Positions 39,301-60,584 of a stretch of DNA of 64,000 bases are shown piece after piece (the first letter of the stretch is position 1; each line of letters opens with the position of its first letter). A program made the position numbers and the translations under genes. The stretch is from assembly GCA_021613535.1 (NCBI GenBank), contig CP075497.1, forward strand, positions 4,278,001 to 4,342,000, read 5' to 3'. Below the pieces are notes generated by a model. It did not search any database, had not been told where the DNA came from, and worked only from the letters and a program-made list of their open reading frames with translations. The DNA comes from Adineta vaga. Taxonomy: Eukaryota; Animalia; Rotifera.

Positions 39301-40653
39301 GTTCTACATGTATGCAAATATTCTTACATTGAATCAACTTCGAAGGTTTGATATTCAATGAGAAATCTTTTTAATTCATTGAATTTTCTTGTTTGTAGAG
39401 CTCGTGGATTAAATACATTTCAATTTCGTCCACATTGTGGTGAAGCTGGTGCAGTTACACATCTAGTAACAGCATATATGGTTGCAGAAAATATTTCTCA
39501 TGGTTTACTTCTACGCAAAGTAAAGAATATACTTTCATTGTTCGTAAACTAATTATTTCAATGAATTTTTTATTCATATCTGTTTAGTCTCCTGTCTTGC
39601 AATATTTATTTTATTTATGTCAGATTGGTATTGCTATGTCCCCGTTGAGTAATAATTCATTATTTATTAATTATAATCGAAATCCAATGTTGGAATATTT
39701 TGAACGCGGTCTTTGTGTATCATTATCAACTGATGATCCAATGCAATTTCATTTTACTAAGGTAAGATTTTTGAGAAAGACGTTTTCTTATGAGTTAAAT
39801 GGAGGAACAAGAGACAAACACTTTTGTTAACAAAAAATATCAATGTATGTTTTGTTTAGGAACCTTTAATGGAAGAATATTCAATTGCTGCTCAAGTCTG
39901 GAAATTAGCATCAGTTGATATGTGTGAATTAGCTCGAAATTCTGTACTGATGAGTGGTTTTTCACATGAGGTATAAATCATGACAAAAACAAACTTTCTA
40001 TATCGTTTTTCATTAGGTTAAAATGTATTGGCTTGGTCCCGATTATCAAGAGGCTGGTGTGGCTGGTAATGATATTCGTCGAACGAATGTTCCAGCAATT
40101 CGTATTGCTTATCGATATGAAGCATTATGTGAAGAACTTCGTTTACTCGGTAATGCTTATAAGAGTCGACAAGAGGTAAGAAAAAATAACAAAGAAGATT
40201 TCTTAAGAAATGAAATCTATTTACTAGCGTAATGAGAAGGATCGCCGTTTACAACAAATTCAAATGAAATCAACTTCATTAACGAATCTTGAACGTGTCG
40301 GTAAGTAAATAAGCTTAGGTTTTTTTTAATCAAACAGATATTCTAAAAACAACTTATAATATTAAAGTACGAACAGGAATGCTTCCTCCCGGTTTTCAGG
40401 TTTGTTTTTCTGTTGTTAAGTATTTATATACATACATACATGCATATATCTTCTATTTCCCAACCTACTGTAATCTATATCTAATAAACTATTTATTTCA
40501 AATAATCTTTGATTTCTAGTTCTAAAAAATGGTAATCATCATCCAACATCTATAACTTCACACAATCATTTAACTGCAGATACAAATGGCAATAATTCCA
40601 ACTATGGAAGCAATGGAAAAGACGATTCAATAGATGATGTTTCACTCTTCTGA
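36351..40653 (+). CDS. AMPD2: AMP deaminase
   Basis: [76 protein letters not shown]- and C-terminal exons are approximate. Confidence 0.95.
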
Positions 40654-40887
40654 AATCATTCTTTTCTTTTCTCTTTGTGCAACAGTATACGTATGCCAAA
40701 TATCGATCTTTAATATTCCTCTCTCTCTCTGCCTCTCTCTCTCTCTTTAGAATCATCTAGATTTTCTGACGCTTTTGTTTATGATTTTATTTATTTTGTT
40801 TTGAAAAAGAAACTTATTCTAAAATAAACCAGATCACATATACAAAGAAAATGTTCTAATGTATTTTCTTTTCGTTTTTCTTTGAAG

Positions 40888-41388
40888 ATGGATATAAATC
40901 GTAATCGAAATACTAATGTGAAAGGTGCTGCTTTTCATAAGCAAGCGAAAGATAGTCTTCAATCGATATTAGATCATTTTATGGCAATGATTAATTTGAT
41001 GAAAGTCGAAGATGTATCACAGATACAAGTTAAAGATCAAGTACCGAGAATATTAACAAATACAACAGATGATTTTGAAATGCGTGTACGCGCTCATAAT
41101 ATGGTAAGAATTCCGGATAAATAAATGAAGATAATTCTTTTGTTTTGATTTTAGGTACGCGCATTTGAATCATTATTAAAATTGGTTTCGGATTTGAAAG
41201 ATCAAGCTGTACTTTATGATTTTCGAGCTATCAATGATGCTGTGAGAGCACAACGGCAACGATTTAAAAATCAGCAATCAGATGTGGATACAAAACTTGT
41301 TAGTTTACGTGATCGATTAGCTTTGGAAATGGTGAAATTCGAAGATGAATATTCCAATAAATCTCCTTTTAAAACTGCGAATAACTAA
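40888..41388 (+). CDS. MED22: Mediator subunit 22 (Surfeit 5)
   Basis: Two exons. [33 protein letters not shown] matches the MED22 core helix. Confidence 0.88.
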
Positions 41389-41721
41389 TCCTTTTTTTGT
41401 AATAATATTTTTTGTGAAAATCTTTGCTTAAAACACATTCAATGTGTACAAGATGTAATAAAAACAAACGATATCACTATTCGAAGACAATGAGCGACCT
41501 CTCTCTCTCATCACGATCGATTTTAAAGAAAATTTTAACGAATTAACTAATAAAACAAATAATTTTATTAAATTTGTGAGTAAATATCAGTCTTCTTTGC
41601 AAAAGATACAAAAGGACCCTAGGGTCTTTGTTCGTGGTTTGATTTCCTAATTGAATGGCTATTACCGCACTATTTTTCGTTGTTGTGTCATTCATCCAAT
41701 TGTTCAGTGACAAACGAAACA

Positions 41722-45184
<3,463 letters not shown>

Positions 45185-46889
45185 ATATTCAATTCAGATT
45201 TTGTTTTGTATAGAGATAAAACATAGATATATATATTTTTGTTATCCTTGATATTGTTCTTGTATAATTACATATGATGAATAAATACCGATAGTTTTGT
45301 GTGAACATATATTTGATTTATATATCGTTGATATTATAAAGAAATATGATGCCAAATTCTGATACAAGAGAGAACAAACCTTCGAAGATAAAATTTAGTC
45401 TTGTATATTTAACAAAAATAAGAGTTGTCTATTTACATAATATTTGTTTATATGATAATTGATCTTTGTATAATATGTTCTTCGCGATGCTATACAATCC
45501 ATACATATGAGATATGAATAGTTAGCGCGAAGTTTCTAAGTCACATTGAATGAATGTCTGTTTTCATGTAAAGAAAATCTCGTCAAAGACATAATTTTCA
45601 TAGTGAAAAGTCTATGAAATCATACTTTAAGGAAAATAGGACATTTTTCATCCAAAAATCTAGAACTAAACATCAATGAGATCGAAATAAATATTGATTT
45701 ATAATAAAAGATCTCTACTATACATATAAAGTTGACGAGTTTTTTCCTGACAAACACATTAGTTTCATCTCTTGGTCATCTCATTTCATTCGAATGGTTT
45801 CAAATGTTCTATGTATACTTTTCAATTAGCTATATATCAAACACAAAAATCTATTCTGTAACATCGTATTGAATTCCTTTTTATTATGAATGTTTGTTTT
45901 GTATTCACAATCATATTGGCAAGCAAAATCATCGAAACAGTATATTCCATTTGTTATTCAGCCAGCAGTTATATAAGCATTTTCTTGTTCAATGATCGAT
46001 TCCGTTTGTTGACTATTCATATTCGTACAATCATTCTTTGTTAATACTTCATCTTTTAGATTTATTTTATGTTTATGCAAACGTTTCTCAGGTGATTATT
46101 CAATTTTCATTATCTTATTTGCATGCGTCAATCGATCTTTTATCTGCTGACTGAGTAATCTCGGAATTATGTAATTCGGAAGCAATGATTACTAATCTTG
46201 ATCGCTATTCTAAGGAACTTAAAGTACAATTTTATATAACTGATGTATGACAAAAATTTCATGAAATCAATAGAATTATCGGTCAAAATTGTTCATTTCT
46301 ATGATTCTTTTGTTTGTATTTCATTGAAGGTTATAAATGCTAACAAGACTATCACAATGACGATCATTTCTTTTCAACTATCAGTACAGACGCTATGAAA
46401 CATATGTATATCGATTGGAAGGTCGCTGATGTTCTTTGTCTAATGAGATGTGTTAGAAACATGAAGTGGAAAAAAAGGAGAAGAACGAGCGAAAAGAAAA
46501 GAAAAGAAAACGAACGAACAAGAGCAATCGTCGTCGTTACCCCGTCAGTCTATTGTGACTCTGTCTCTCATTACTAACGATACATACAATAAGAGAAAAA
46601 GAGAGAAAAAAATAGATTCTTCTCTTTTTTTTTACTTTGCTCCGTCCGTTTTGTCGACGTATAATGTAGAAGCGCTCGCTCATTTCTTCTCTCTATCATA
46701 AACGCAAATAACTATTTTACGACAACACACGCATACATGCAGCAGCTGCAAATGTGAAGGCGCAGTGCGCAGCAGCAAAGAGTAGAGTATCGCTCGACAC
46801 CCTATATATACATATACATATATATATATTTCGTCTCCTACATACAAAGAGTAAAACAGCAACGATCCCAGCATCAGCAGTATTTTGGC

Positions 46890-49800
46890 ATGGACAAAAT
46901 GATGACATCTTCTGAAAGGTTTTTAAAAAACGACAAATTGTGTGTCTCTTGAAATTTTGATGGCTAAGCACACACATATACATATATACACAATGCGCGA
47001 AATGAGAATTTTATTTAAGAAAAAAGAAAAGATTATTTTCTAGTAGAGAGTTTATTCGATCAGTGGTTTCTGTCCGTCTAGTGATGGATAACTTTGTAAG
47101 AAATAGTTGTTTTGCGTGCTCTTTTTCAATCAATAGAAAGAGTTAAGCAAAAAGAAAAGGAAAATTACAAACGTCGTCAAAAAGAAACGAATCTTCTTGT
47201 GAGTATATGGAAACATGATTGAAAAACACACACACACATACATACATACATACACAGATCTCTTTTCTTATTCGGTTGATGTCCTTGAACTTTCCCGATT
47301 TTTCTTCTATTTCGAAATATTATTTCATCAAAAGGGTTACATCTCTTCTTTTTCTTCTTTTCTTTTTTTTCCTTTTAGCAAGTAGTATGTCCCATGAATC
47401 AACAATGATGCTTGTCTTTATGCGCATTTTTTTGCTTTCCTCTTCTTCTTACCCTTCGACTAGTTTAACCCCATCTAGGTTTTTCTCTTCTTTATCTGTT
47501 CTTCTTAAACAGAAAAGAAAAATTTTGCCCCATTAAACAACGATGGGAAGACTACATTATGTATTAATAAGAACAAAATACATTGGACGAATCAAACAAT
47601 GCTAAGTGTTGTTATTGATTATAAAATGTAAAAAGAAAGTTTAATTTAAAGTATATCTTCAAAATGAGAAGGACAAACACAAAAAAAACTTATCAATGAA
47701 AAATTTTTCTTTGACCAAAAAAAATGGAATTATTTCATTTGATTGATAGGTTTTCCCAAATCTGTGAAAAATTTATATATCACCCTTATATTTCTATGAG
47801 TCATGATTATACCCTATCGATGACAAGAAAAGGTGTATAGACGAGTAGAATCAATTGATTATTTTGACATCGACAATATTGAGTTTTCTATTCATCAATT
47901 GATATTTCAATTAAAAAAACAATTATAGATAACTGTAAAAAAATATTCTATTAATGGTAATAATATTTCAGTATGACAAAGGCAAGGGAAAATTCGTATA
48001 TATATACATATACATATATCTCATTTAGTTATCTTTCCGCGCCAATTTCAGCTCATTTTCTTCTAATTCTTTCTTTATCACACGTGTTTAGATCCATATA
48101 CATATATATATATATGTATCTATCTTTCTCTATCTTTGTATGTATGTGAGCGTGTGTTGTACACTTCATGGTTGAAGATGGAAAAAAAATTTCATACAAA
48201 AAATTGAATTTAATTTAAACAAAAAATTCACGTCGAAAATCATTGAAGTCTCTAATCAGTTTTCCAAATATCAAATTCATATTTATGTATATATCGAACA
48301 ACAGCATCTAGATTTAACAAAGATATCATGTTGACTCTTAGGATACCTTGGTAGGTCAGAAATCCAAATTGTATATGTGTATATGTGTGTACTTGGACAT
48401 TTGAGAAGAGAAGAAAAAATTTACTTTTTATTTTCTCATTGTAATTCTTTTCTCGTATGTGCACAGGACGAATCAGACATTGGACAAGCATGTTAGTGAT
48501 TCTACGGACAGTGATAATGAAGAAAAAGAAGGTAGGATTTAAAATGAAAATGTGAAAGAAAAATGTCTATTGAAAATGTAATCTATTAGATGGTGAACTT
48601 GAAGAGGGTGAAGTTGAAGAAGAATTTGATGAGATGCCTCAACAAAAAGATGGTATGTATAAAGAAATCAGATTCAATGAATGATAAAAAATATTTTTTC
48701 TTCTTTTCTTCTGTTTTCTCAATGAAAAGATGCTAAAGAAAATAATCGTGATAATAATAATACAAATGATCCAAGTAATGAACCCGAGAATACAAATGAT
48801 GTTAATAATCATCTAAATATGGGTTCACAAAAATATCGACGACGAGAATATCATCATCATTTAGGACCACCTCGTTTGAATAGTACAGGAGGACAACAAG
48901 ATAAACGTAATAAACATGAACAACGAAGAAAACGACGACATAGTGGCGAAGACCGAGATGAACGAAATCAAAAACAATTTAAAGTATGAATAAAAGAAAA
49001 GAAAATTTTTTTCTTCAGAGACATAAAATATGTTTTGTTTCAGCGTGGACGATTTCGTGGTAGACCAATATCTGATCTACCTGATGATGGTGAAGATGAT
49101 GAAATGATGGGTCAAACATGGCCACCGAGAGGACAAAATCGTGGTCAACAACGTAAGCAACAGTCTGATAATCTTTCGAATGAAAATTCTGAATCAATCG
49201 AATCTGGAGATCCACAATCATCTTTAAATCCAGTTCTCGAATCAAAAAGTGAACAATCAATGATGAGCGATGAAACTTCGTCACCTATTCATGATCCAAA
49301 TGATGATGAGAATATGAATTCAGATGATAAACAAGATCGACCGAATCGTCCAAGAATGACACGTAACAATCAACAACAAAATTCAATGTCTATTGAAAAT
49401 CGTGGTCGAAGATATTATGATGGAAATTCGAATCCAAATAATAATTCAAATAATCGTCGTTTGAATGATCGTGATCGTTCTTCATGGCAAGATCGAAATA
49501 GTAATAACAACAGTGGAAATAATTCCAATTCTAATTCCAATAATAATCAACGATTTCGTTCGGATCAAGGATCATCAGCAAACCACGGTCCACCTTTATG
49601 TAAATTTTTTGTTGAAAATCGTTGTATGAAAGTAAGTTTTGAATTTCAAATTCAATCGAATGATTCATCAATGTTTCTCTTATAGGGTAATGATTGTCTA
49701 TTCAGTCATGATTATAAACCACAGAAAAAAATGGAAATATGCAAATATTATGTTCAAAATAAAGGTTATTGTCAAAAAAATGATGCATGTCCTTATTTAC

Positions 49801-51756
49801 ATGGCGAATTTCCATGTAAATTTTTTCATACCGGTCAAAAAATTTGTATGCAAGGTGAACGATGTAAATTTTCTCATGATGCTATTACTAATGACGATAT
49901 TCGTTTTGCATTCGAACGCGTAAGTAGAATTATCTGATAGTTTAAAAAATATGCATACATTTAATATCTTAGTTTCTCAATGATTCTGATGAAATGAATC
50001 GACAAAACCGTGGAAATCCAAATAACAATAACATCCATCATACTAGTAATTCATCATCTGTAAATTTTGATGTTATGAACACTGCATCTTTACCACCACC
50101 GCCACCAATGCCAGGTTCATTACCTGATCCATCTAATTTTCCTATGATACCAAATTTAATGGATTTATTTCTTTTACAAAATGGTCGATTATCAACGCCA
50201 ACAGCAACCACCGATCCAGCAAATACCGATTCAACAACAGTAACTACAACTAATACTTCTCAATCAAGTCCACCTATACAAAGGTTAGTATTTTTTTCTT
50301 TTGTTGGATTAATTTATTGACATGTTTCGTTTTATTAGACCTAGTCTATTCACTGATACACTCTCTATCGAAAAGACTGATAATGAAGAATCAATAGCAA
50401 ATAAAACTGTTTCTGTAACGAACAGTACTAGTCCATCATCATTATCATCTGCTCAAAATACAACATCAACTAATGACAGTGTATCAACAACGACAGTTAC
50501 TACTACTAATACAACTCCTGCTACGACAACAGCTACTAATTCAACTTGTCCACTACCATTACCACCAACAAATACGAATATGAATTTACCATCACCATTT
50601 GGTCGTTTACCACAACCAAATTTGGCTCGATCAAACAATTCACTTTTACCACCACCTCCACCGCCCAATCTATTCCCAATGAATACGCTTGGAACAGGTC
50701 GAGTACCCATTCTATTTCCAACAAATAATGGTTTACCAATGCCACCTCCACCGAATTCTTTACTTGATATGAAATTATTAGGTAAGACACAATTTTGAAT
50801 ATTTTCTCAAAATTTTCTTTTTTAAATATAATTTAGCTCAAGCTGCTGCATTAGTCGCTGTTAATGCTGCTGTTGCAAATCAATTTACAGCCAAATCTCA
50901 TCATCATCAATCCCAATCATCAAGTCCACAATTAGGTCGTGATATTGATGAACGTGATCGTCAATCATCGACAACAATGCGTGGAGATATCGATGAACGT
51001 CCATCTGAAGTTTACAATCGTCCACCAACAAATCTTGGTCTCTTACAAACAGCATCACCAACAGCAACACCAGCTCCACCAACAAATCTTAATTCACCCA
51101 CTCCATCGACTTCACCACCATCGGTGACTATTAATGATGAACAATTAAAAAATAAAACAACGCATGATATCTTTCGTACAACAAGATCAACACCTGTTGA
51201 TACATTATCCAATACAACATCCACCAATTCAACAGTTGGACCATCATTTGATTTTATTTCTATGTTGGAACAACTTAAACAACCCAAACAAACACAAGTC
51301 AAGTAAATAAGAACTTTTTTCGTAACAATATGTCTTAATTTATGATATTTTTTTCTTAGTGATAATTCTCATGATTCACTTGAAATTCGTACTTCATCCA
51401 GTCAGTCCTCTGTTTATATTCTACGACCCGTTCTTTGTTCCTTTAAACCATATTCCTTACCTGATAAAACCACCGATCCACGTATCCAAAAATATCAAGA
51501 AAAAATGTCTCAATGGTCTGAACAAGCACGATTAGAACGTTTTAAAACAACAATACCATCGTCAAATAATTATTCTATACCTTCAAGAACACAGCAACAA
51601 CAACAACAACAACAACAACAACAAACATTCATTAATGATGCTACGTCTTCACGTGATCCACGTTTACTACGAAACAGTGGACCAAGTAATAAAATCGGTG
51701 TACCAATAATTTCTGCATCAACTCCGTTTGTTCGACCAAACGATAATCTTCTATAA
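46890..51756 (+). CDS. ZC3H4: Triple-CCCH zinc-finger protein, ZC3H4/ZC3H6/Su(sable) family
   Basis: DGELEEGEV motif. Three CCCH fingers ([41 protein letters not shown]). C-terminal TDPR and RDPR motifs. Start inferred from the phase-2 exon [10 protein letters not shown] at 46890. Confidence 0.85.
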
Positions 51757-52049
51757 TGAGATATATTTTCATTTTCTTTCGTTGATTCTATGTAAATGAT
51801 TCTTCTCTATCTTTTTCTTCTCTCCGAGTGTATAATCAGTGAGAACTGAGATAGATAGGTTATTGTTGACGCGCATAACAATCTTTCTGTGTGTGTGTTT
51901 GTTTGTTTGTTTGATTTTTTTTAAAAAAAACAAGAAAGATATGTGTCTTTTATTTGAATATGTTTATCATATTGAATAATCGAAATTACACTATATCTAC
52001 TACTAGGAGATCATTCTTTTATTATACAATTAGAGAAAGAAAAGGAGAA

Positions 52050-53924
52050 TCAATTTTGATTGAATTCATTCATCATAAATTTAGACATTTTATGTTTTTG
52101 TACTTTACCTGTTGGTGTCAAAATGAATTTTTCTACAAAACGAATATGTTTTGGTATTTTGAAAAAAGCAAGTTTATCCGAAAGGAATTCGATTATATCT
52201 TTAGATTGACATTGCGTAACATTATTTTTTAGTTTAATCCATGCACATATTTCTTCATCATATCGTTTATCAGGAACTGAAAAAACTTGTGCTTCACTAA
52301 CATCTGTATGTTCCATAATCGCTTTCTCAATTTCCATGGGATAAATATTTACGCCACCACGAATAATTATATCTTTTTGACGGCCAATATAATAGATATA
52401 ACCATCTTCATCCATTCGACCTTCATCACCAGTTTGAAGCCAACCTGAATCAGTTACTGCTTCCTTTGTTTTATCGATATCATTATAATATCCACACATA
52501 ATTGGAAAACCTTTTGCCCAAATTTCACCTGTTTCGCCAATAGGTACTGGATTACCTTTTCGATCGACAATTTTCATTTCTATATGTCGCATACTTCGAC
52601 CTACTGAAGAAAAACGTCGTATATCACCATTATCCTTTGTCCACATGCTACTTGTAAGCACACCGGAATTTTCTGTCATTCCATAAGCTTGTGCTATACG
52701 TTTAATAGGTATTTCTTGTTCTAGTTGACGTAAAAAATCTGTATGAACAGGTGCCGCCCCTAACATACCAAAAACTAATGAAGTTAAATTGTATTTTTTT
52801 CGATCAATGTGATTTAATATATTAGGAAAGATGACAGGAGCACCGATTAAAGTCGTACATTTTTCTTCATCAATCGCACGCATCGTTGCTACAGGATTAG
52901 GTAGAATATCTGGAAAAATTGTTCGACATTTCGATAGAATTATATTATATATACTAACAGCTTCAGAAAAAATATGAAACATTGGAATAGGTGTACATAA
53001 ACGAGTAAAATATTCGCCAAGATGTTGATGAAGATTTTGAGACATATTAACCATACAGAAATTGGATAATGTTGCTGCTTTGGGTTGACCTGTCGTACCC
53101 GATGTATAAAATATTGCAAGAGGAGTATGTGCATCAATAGAAGCTTGACGTTGTTGAAGTTTGAAATGAGAAATGTTTGCACCATATTGTAATAAATTAT
53201 CATATGAATGAATACCTTTGGATATTGATGATAATGATGATGATTTCCCAGTAAGAATAATATGTTTCAATGAAGGTAATCGTTTGAATGATGATTGTTG
53301 GCCGAGTTCCGGTAATAAGCGACGAAGTATAGATAAAGATTGAATAGTTTTTACTGTTGGTGAAAGAACAATAGCTTTACAACCAACTTTATTTAAACAA
53401 TATTCAAGTTCACGTTCAACATATGCAGGATTTATATTCACCTAGAAACAACGAATTAAAATGACGGATAGAATATAGTCAGCTTTACTTTAATTAATCC
53501 TAATTTTGATGCAACAAATGACATAGTTACATTTTCTGGTGTATTTGGTAATCAAACAGCAATACGATCATTTTTTTCAAAACCTAACTCCAGTAGAGAA
53601 GCAGCTATACTATCAACTTCATCTTGAAATGATTTATATGTGTATCGTTTTTGTTCATCTAAAATGATCGAAGATGGAAAAAAGAGTCGAAGAAAATCAA
53701 ATAAAAACTTCACTTTTAGAAACATAACATTCATGTTCAGGATATTTCTCTACTGTTTCATCAAAAACTTGACCTAATGTTTTGTAAATCAAAGGCAAGG
53801 ATGAAACATGATGATGATAACTTGATGTTAATTTTGCCGGTGTCGAATAACTCTGTTTACTAATGTAAGAAATAACCTTAAACAAGGATTGAAATAAAAT
53901 TGGTTTGTTTGTTTTTCTCAACAT
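52050..53924 (-). pseudogene. ACSF2: ACSF2-like mitochondrial acyl-CoA synthetase with an in-frame TGA in exon 2
   Basis: AMP-binding motifs YTSGTTGQPK, YGMTE, TGD, GRQKDIIIRGG, TGKVQK. Exon 2 reads DRIAV*LPNTPE (TGA at 53552-53554, where Trp is expected). Family call is strong, pseudogene status uncertain. Confidence 0.7.
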
Positions 53925-54391
53925 ATTCAAATAAACAGGTCATATAATGAGAGAAAGATAGAGGATAAAATAGCTTTACCTACTCAATATATAGATAAGA
54001 AGAAAAATATGAACTACATGTAACATAAAATGAAGAGAAAAGAACGATTGAGTGATATGGTTGATTGTTGTTTAGTGACATCTGAACGATGAATTGTTTG
54101 ATTCGACTATTGGACATCAGTGACAAGAACATGTGAATCATATTCTTTTGCTTTCGGACACTCTCGAAAAGCTGATTGTCCAAGGGAGAGAGGCCGAAAG
54201 AAAAACAGACAATTAGCTCTCTACTCTCTTTCCTCGATCGCCATTGCTTATTTTTGTTTATTTATCCTGTCATAGGATTCTTTCTTCTTCTTCTTCTTCT
54301 TCTTTTTCTTTTTCTTTTTCTTTTTCTTTTTTTTCTTATGGATATCACTAACATCTATGAAACCTAATGTTGAACAATTATTTTTACTTCA

Positions 54392-58287
<3,896 letters not shown>

Positions 58288-58787
58288 ATCTTTCTCTTTT
58301 TCTATCTCTGTATGAATGACATTCGTTTTTTTTTTGTATATTTATTCTAAGTCATTTATTATTGCTTTACAATGCAATCATTTCTTCATATCTGTTTCCT
58401 TGGCGTCAGATGATCTCATCTTTTTCTTTTTTGTCTTGCCTTCTATCATATATGTTGTTCTTCTTCTTCTTCTTCTTCTGCATCAGGGATATTTCAAAAT
58501 ATTAGGCGTAGAGATCTTCTTTTTTAGCGTGAATTCTTGTTTGTATGCGTGTGTGTATATATGTTATTCAATCATGTTTTTCTCTCTCTCTCTCTCTTTT
58601 GTTGATGTGCTTTCAATATTCACTACTGTGTTTTTTTTCCATGCCTATGGGCGCAATCCTCATTGTCAAATCAAACGAAAATATTGTTTTCTTTTTGAAT
58701 TAAACAAAAACAAAAGAAAAAAAACACATTCGTTTTCTCTAATCGTTGTCTACTTTCTTTATTTTGGATCTTGAAGATCTCTAGCAT

Positions 58788-60128
58788 ATGTTTCATTATC
58801 GATGTTTATCAACATTAGCAAGATCGATTGAGAAAAATTCTCAAGGAGTTGTTCTTTCCGAAGTTGTGAAAAAGTTATCGAAATTTTCTTCACATGACGA
58901 ATTAACTGAATATTCTCAACGTCCAATTGATTACTGTTATGCCAATCGTATCATAGATGCATGTTCACCACATCATTCGACACCGATTTGTCTAATTAAA
59001 ACAGCATCGGATCTTCATGAACAATTGTTAGTACGTGTTGCACATTGTATTTGTCATTTCCAATCCTTACCGTTTCTACCTGCAGCAAATCCAATTTTAT
59101 TATCAGTACAAGAACGATATTGGAAATTATTTGAAAAATTAGCACATTTCCCCAAGATAAAAACGGAAACAGATGAAGAGAATTTTTTTCATCTAATTAC
59201 TTTATTTATGACTCAAAGCAACGATGTCATTGGACAATTATCGAATGGTTGTCGAGAAGCTAGTAAATATTTCAAAAGTTACGAAATTATGAAAACATTT
59301 CTTGATAATGTCTTACAAATTCGTCTATCAATGCGTTTACTTGCTGAACATTATCGTCAATTACATAAACAACAAAAGAAATCGACTCCTAATGACCAAT
59401 GGTACGGAGCTATTTGTATGGATTTTTCGCCAAAAAAAGTCGTTCAACAATGTATTGATGATGTTTCATCCGTTTGTTTTGAAACTTATGGAGTTGTACC
59501 ACCAGTTCAAATAGAAAATCATATACATCATGCCGTACCATATTTTCCTGATGTAGTCGAATATATCGTACGTGAATTATTGAAAAATTCGATGCGAGCT
59601 CTTGTTGAATATCATACAGTTCTATATGATAATCTAAAGAATGTGAAAAAATGTTTCGAAGATCATCAACAAGATCCACTGTGTAAAGTTTTGATTAGTG
59701 CGGATCCTAGTGATGAACATTTTACGATATCGATTCAAGATCGAGGTGGTGGTATTAATGAGTCGATGGAAAACATTTTTCGGTATCTGTTCACTGGTAT
59801 GTTCAATAAAAAAGTAGATTTTAATCTTTTATGATTAATTCAGGTGATACAGTAAAAGAAGAAAAAGAAATTAACTCTCCATATTTTGTCTATTCTTTTC
59901 AAGATCCTTCAGTACACTGGTAAGTAAATGACGAATCAACATAAATAACTGAACATTTTCTTTAGTTCAAAACAAATGTATGGTTATGGTTTTGGTCTTC
60001 CTATTTGTTTATTATATGCTCAATTTTTTTGCGGATCTTTGACCTTTCATCAGATATCACGTATTGGTACTGATGTTTATCTTCGTCTCAGTTTTATACA
60101 TACAGACTCAGAACGTGTGAAGATCTAA
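58788..60128 (+). CDS. BCKDK: Mitochondrial alpha-ketoacid dehydrogenase kinase (BCKDK/PDK family, BCKDK-like)
   Basis: ELLKNSMRA (N box), DRGGG (G1), MYGYGFGLP (G2), IGTDVYLRL. Three exons, frame intact. Confidence 0.8.
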
Positions 60129-60584
60129 CAGATATTTTTAAATTTATGAAATGTTTCTTTTGCACCTTTCCGTTAATTTTGAATAAATAAAGAAAAAAAA
60201 GACAACTGTGCAACGAGAGTGAGGTTGTGAGTGCAGCAAATTGTTTTTGAAGACTGAAAATATCCAAAATTAAGAGTATCTATATGTTACTAAAAGTACA
60301 ATGTAAAAACAACAATATTTTCTTTCTATAATAGAACAGAAAGAGAACTTCATACTAAAAAGAAAATGATTTCCACTTTTGAATGTTAAAAATGGTTACA
60401 TATGAGTTAGATCATCACGCAATTATGTACGTTTGAATCATTGTGTTGTAACTATAGGTATTGTATATATTTATTGTCTTTTAAAAGTATTGTTATAACT
60501 ATGAAAATACACGTCATGTAATAAAAACTTTTTCTATTAATGTGACTTTTTAATTTATGAAAAAAGTCAATCAAATCAATTCGA

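Noticed and set aside
45950-46210. Exon-like minus-strand fragments between MCM4 and ZC3H4 (for example DEVLTKNDCTNMNSQQTESIIEQENAY)
   Set aside because: They are short, interrupted by stops and resemble nothing I recognise, so a gene or pseudogene cannot be supported.
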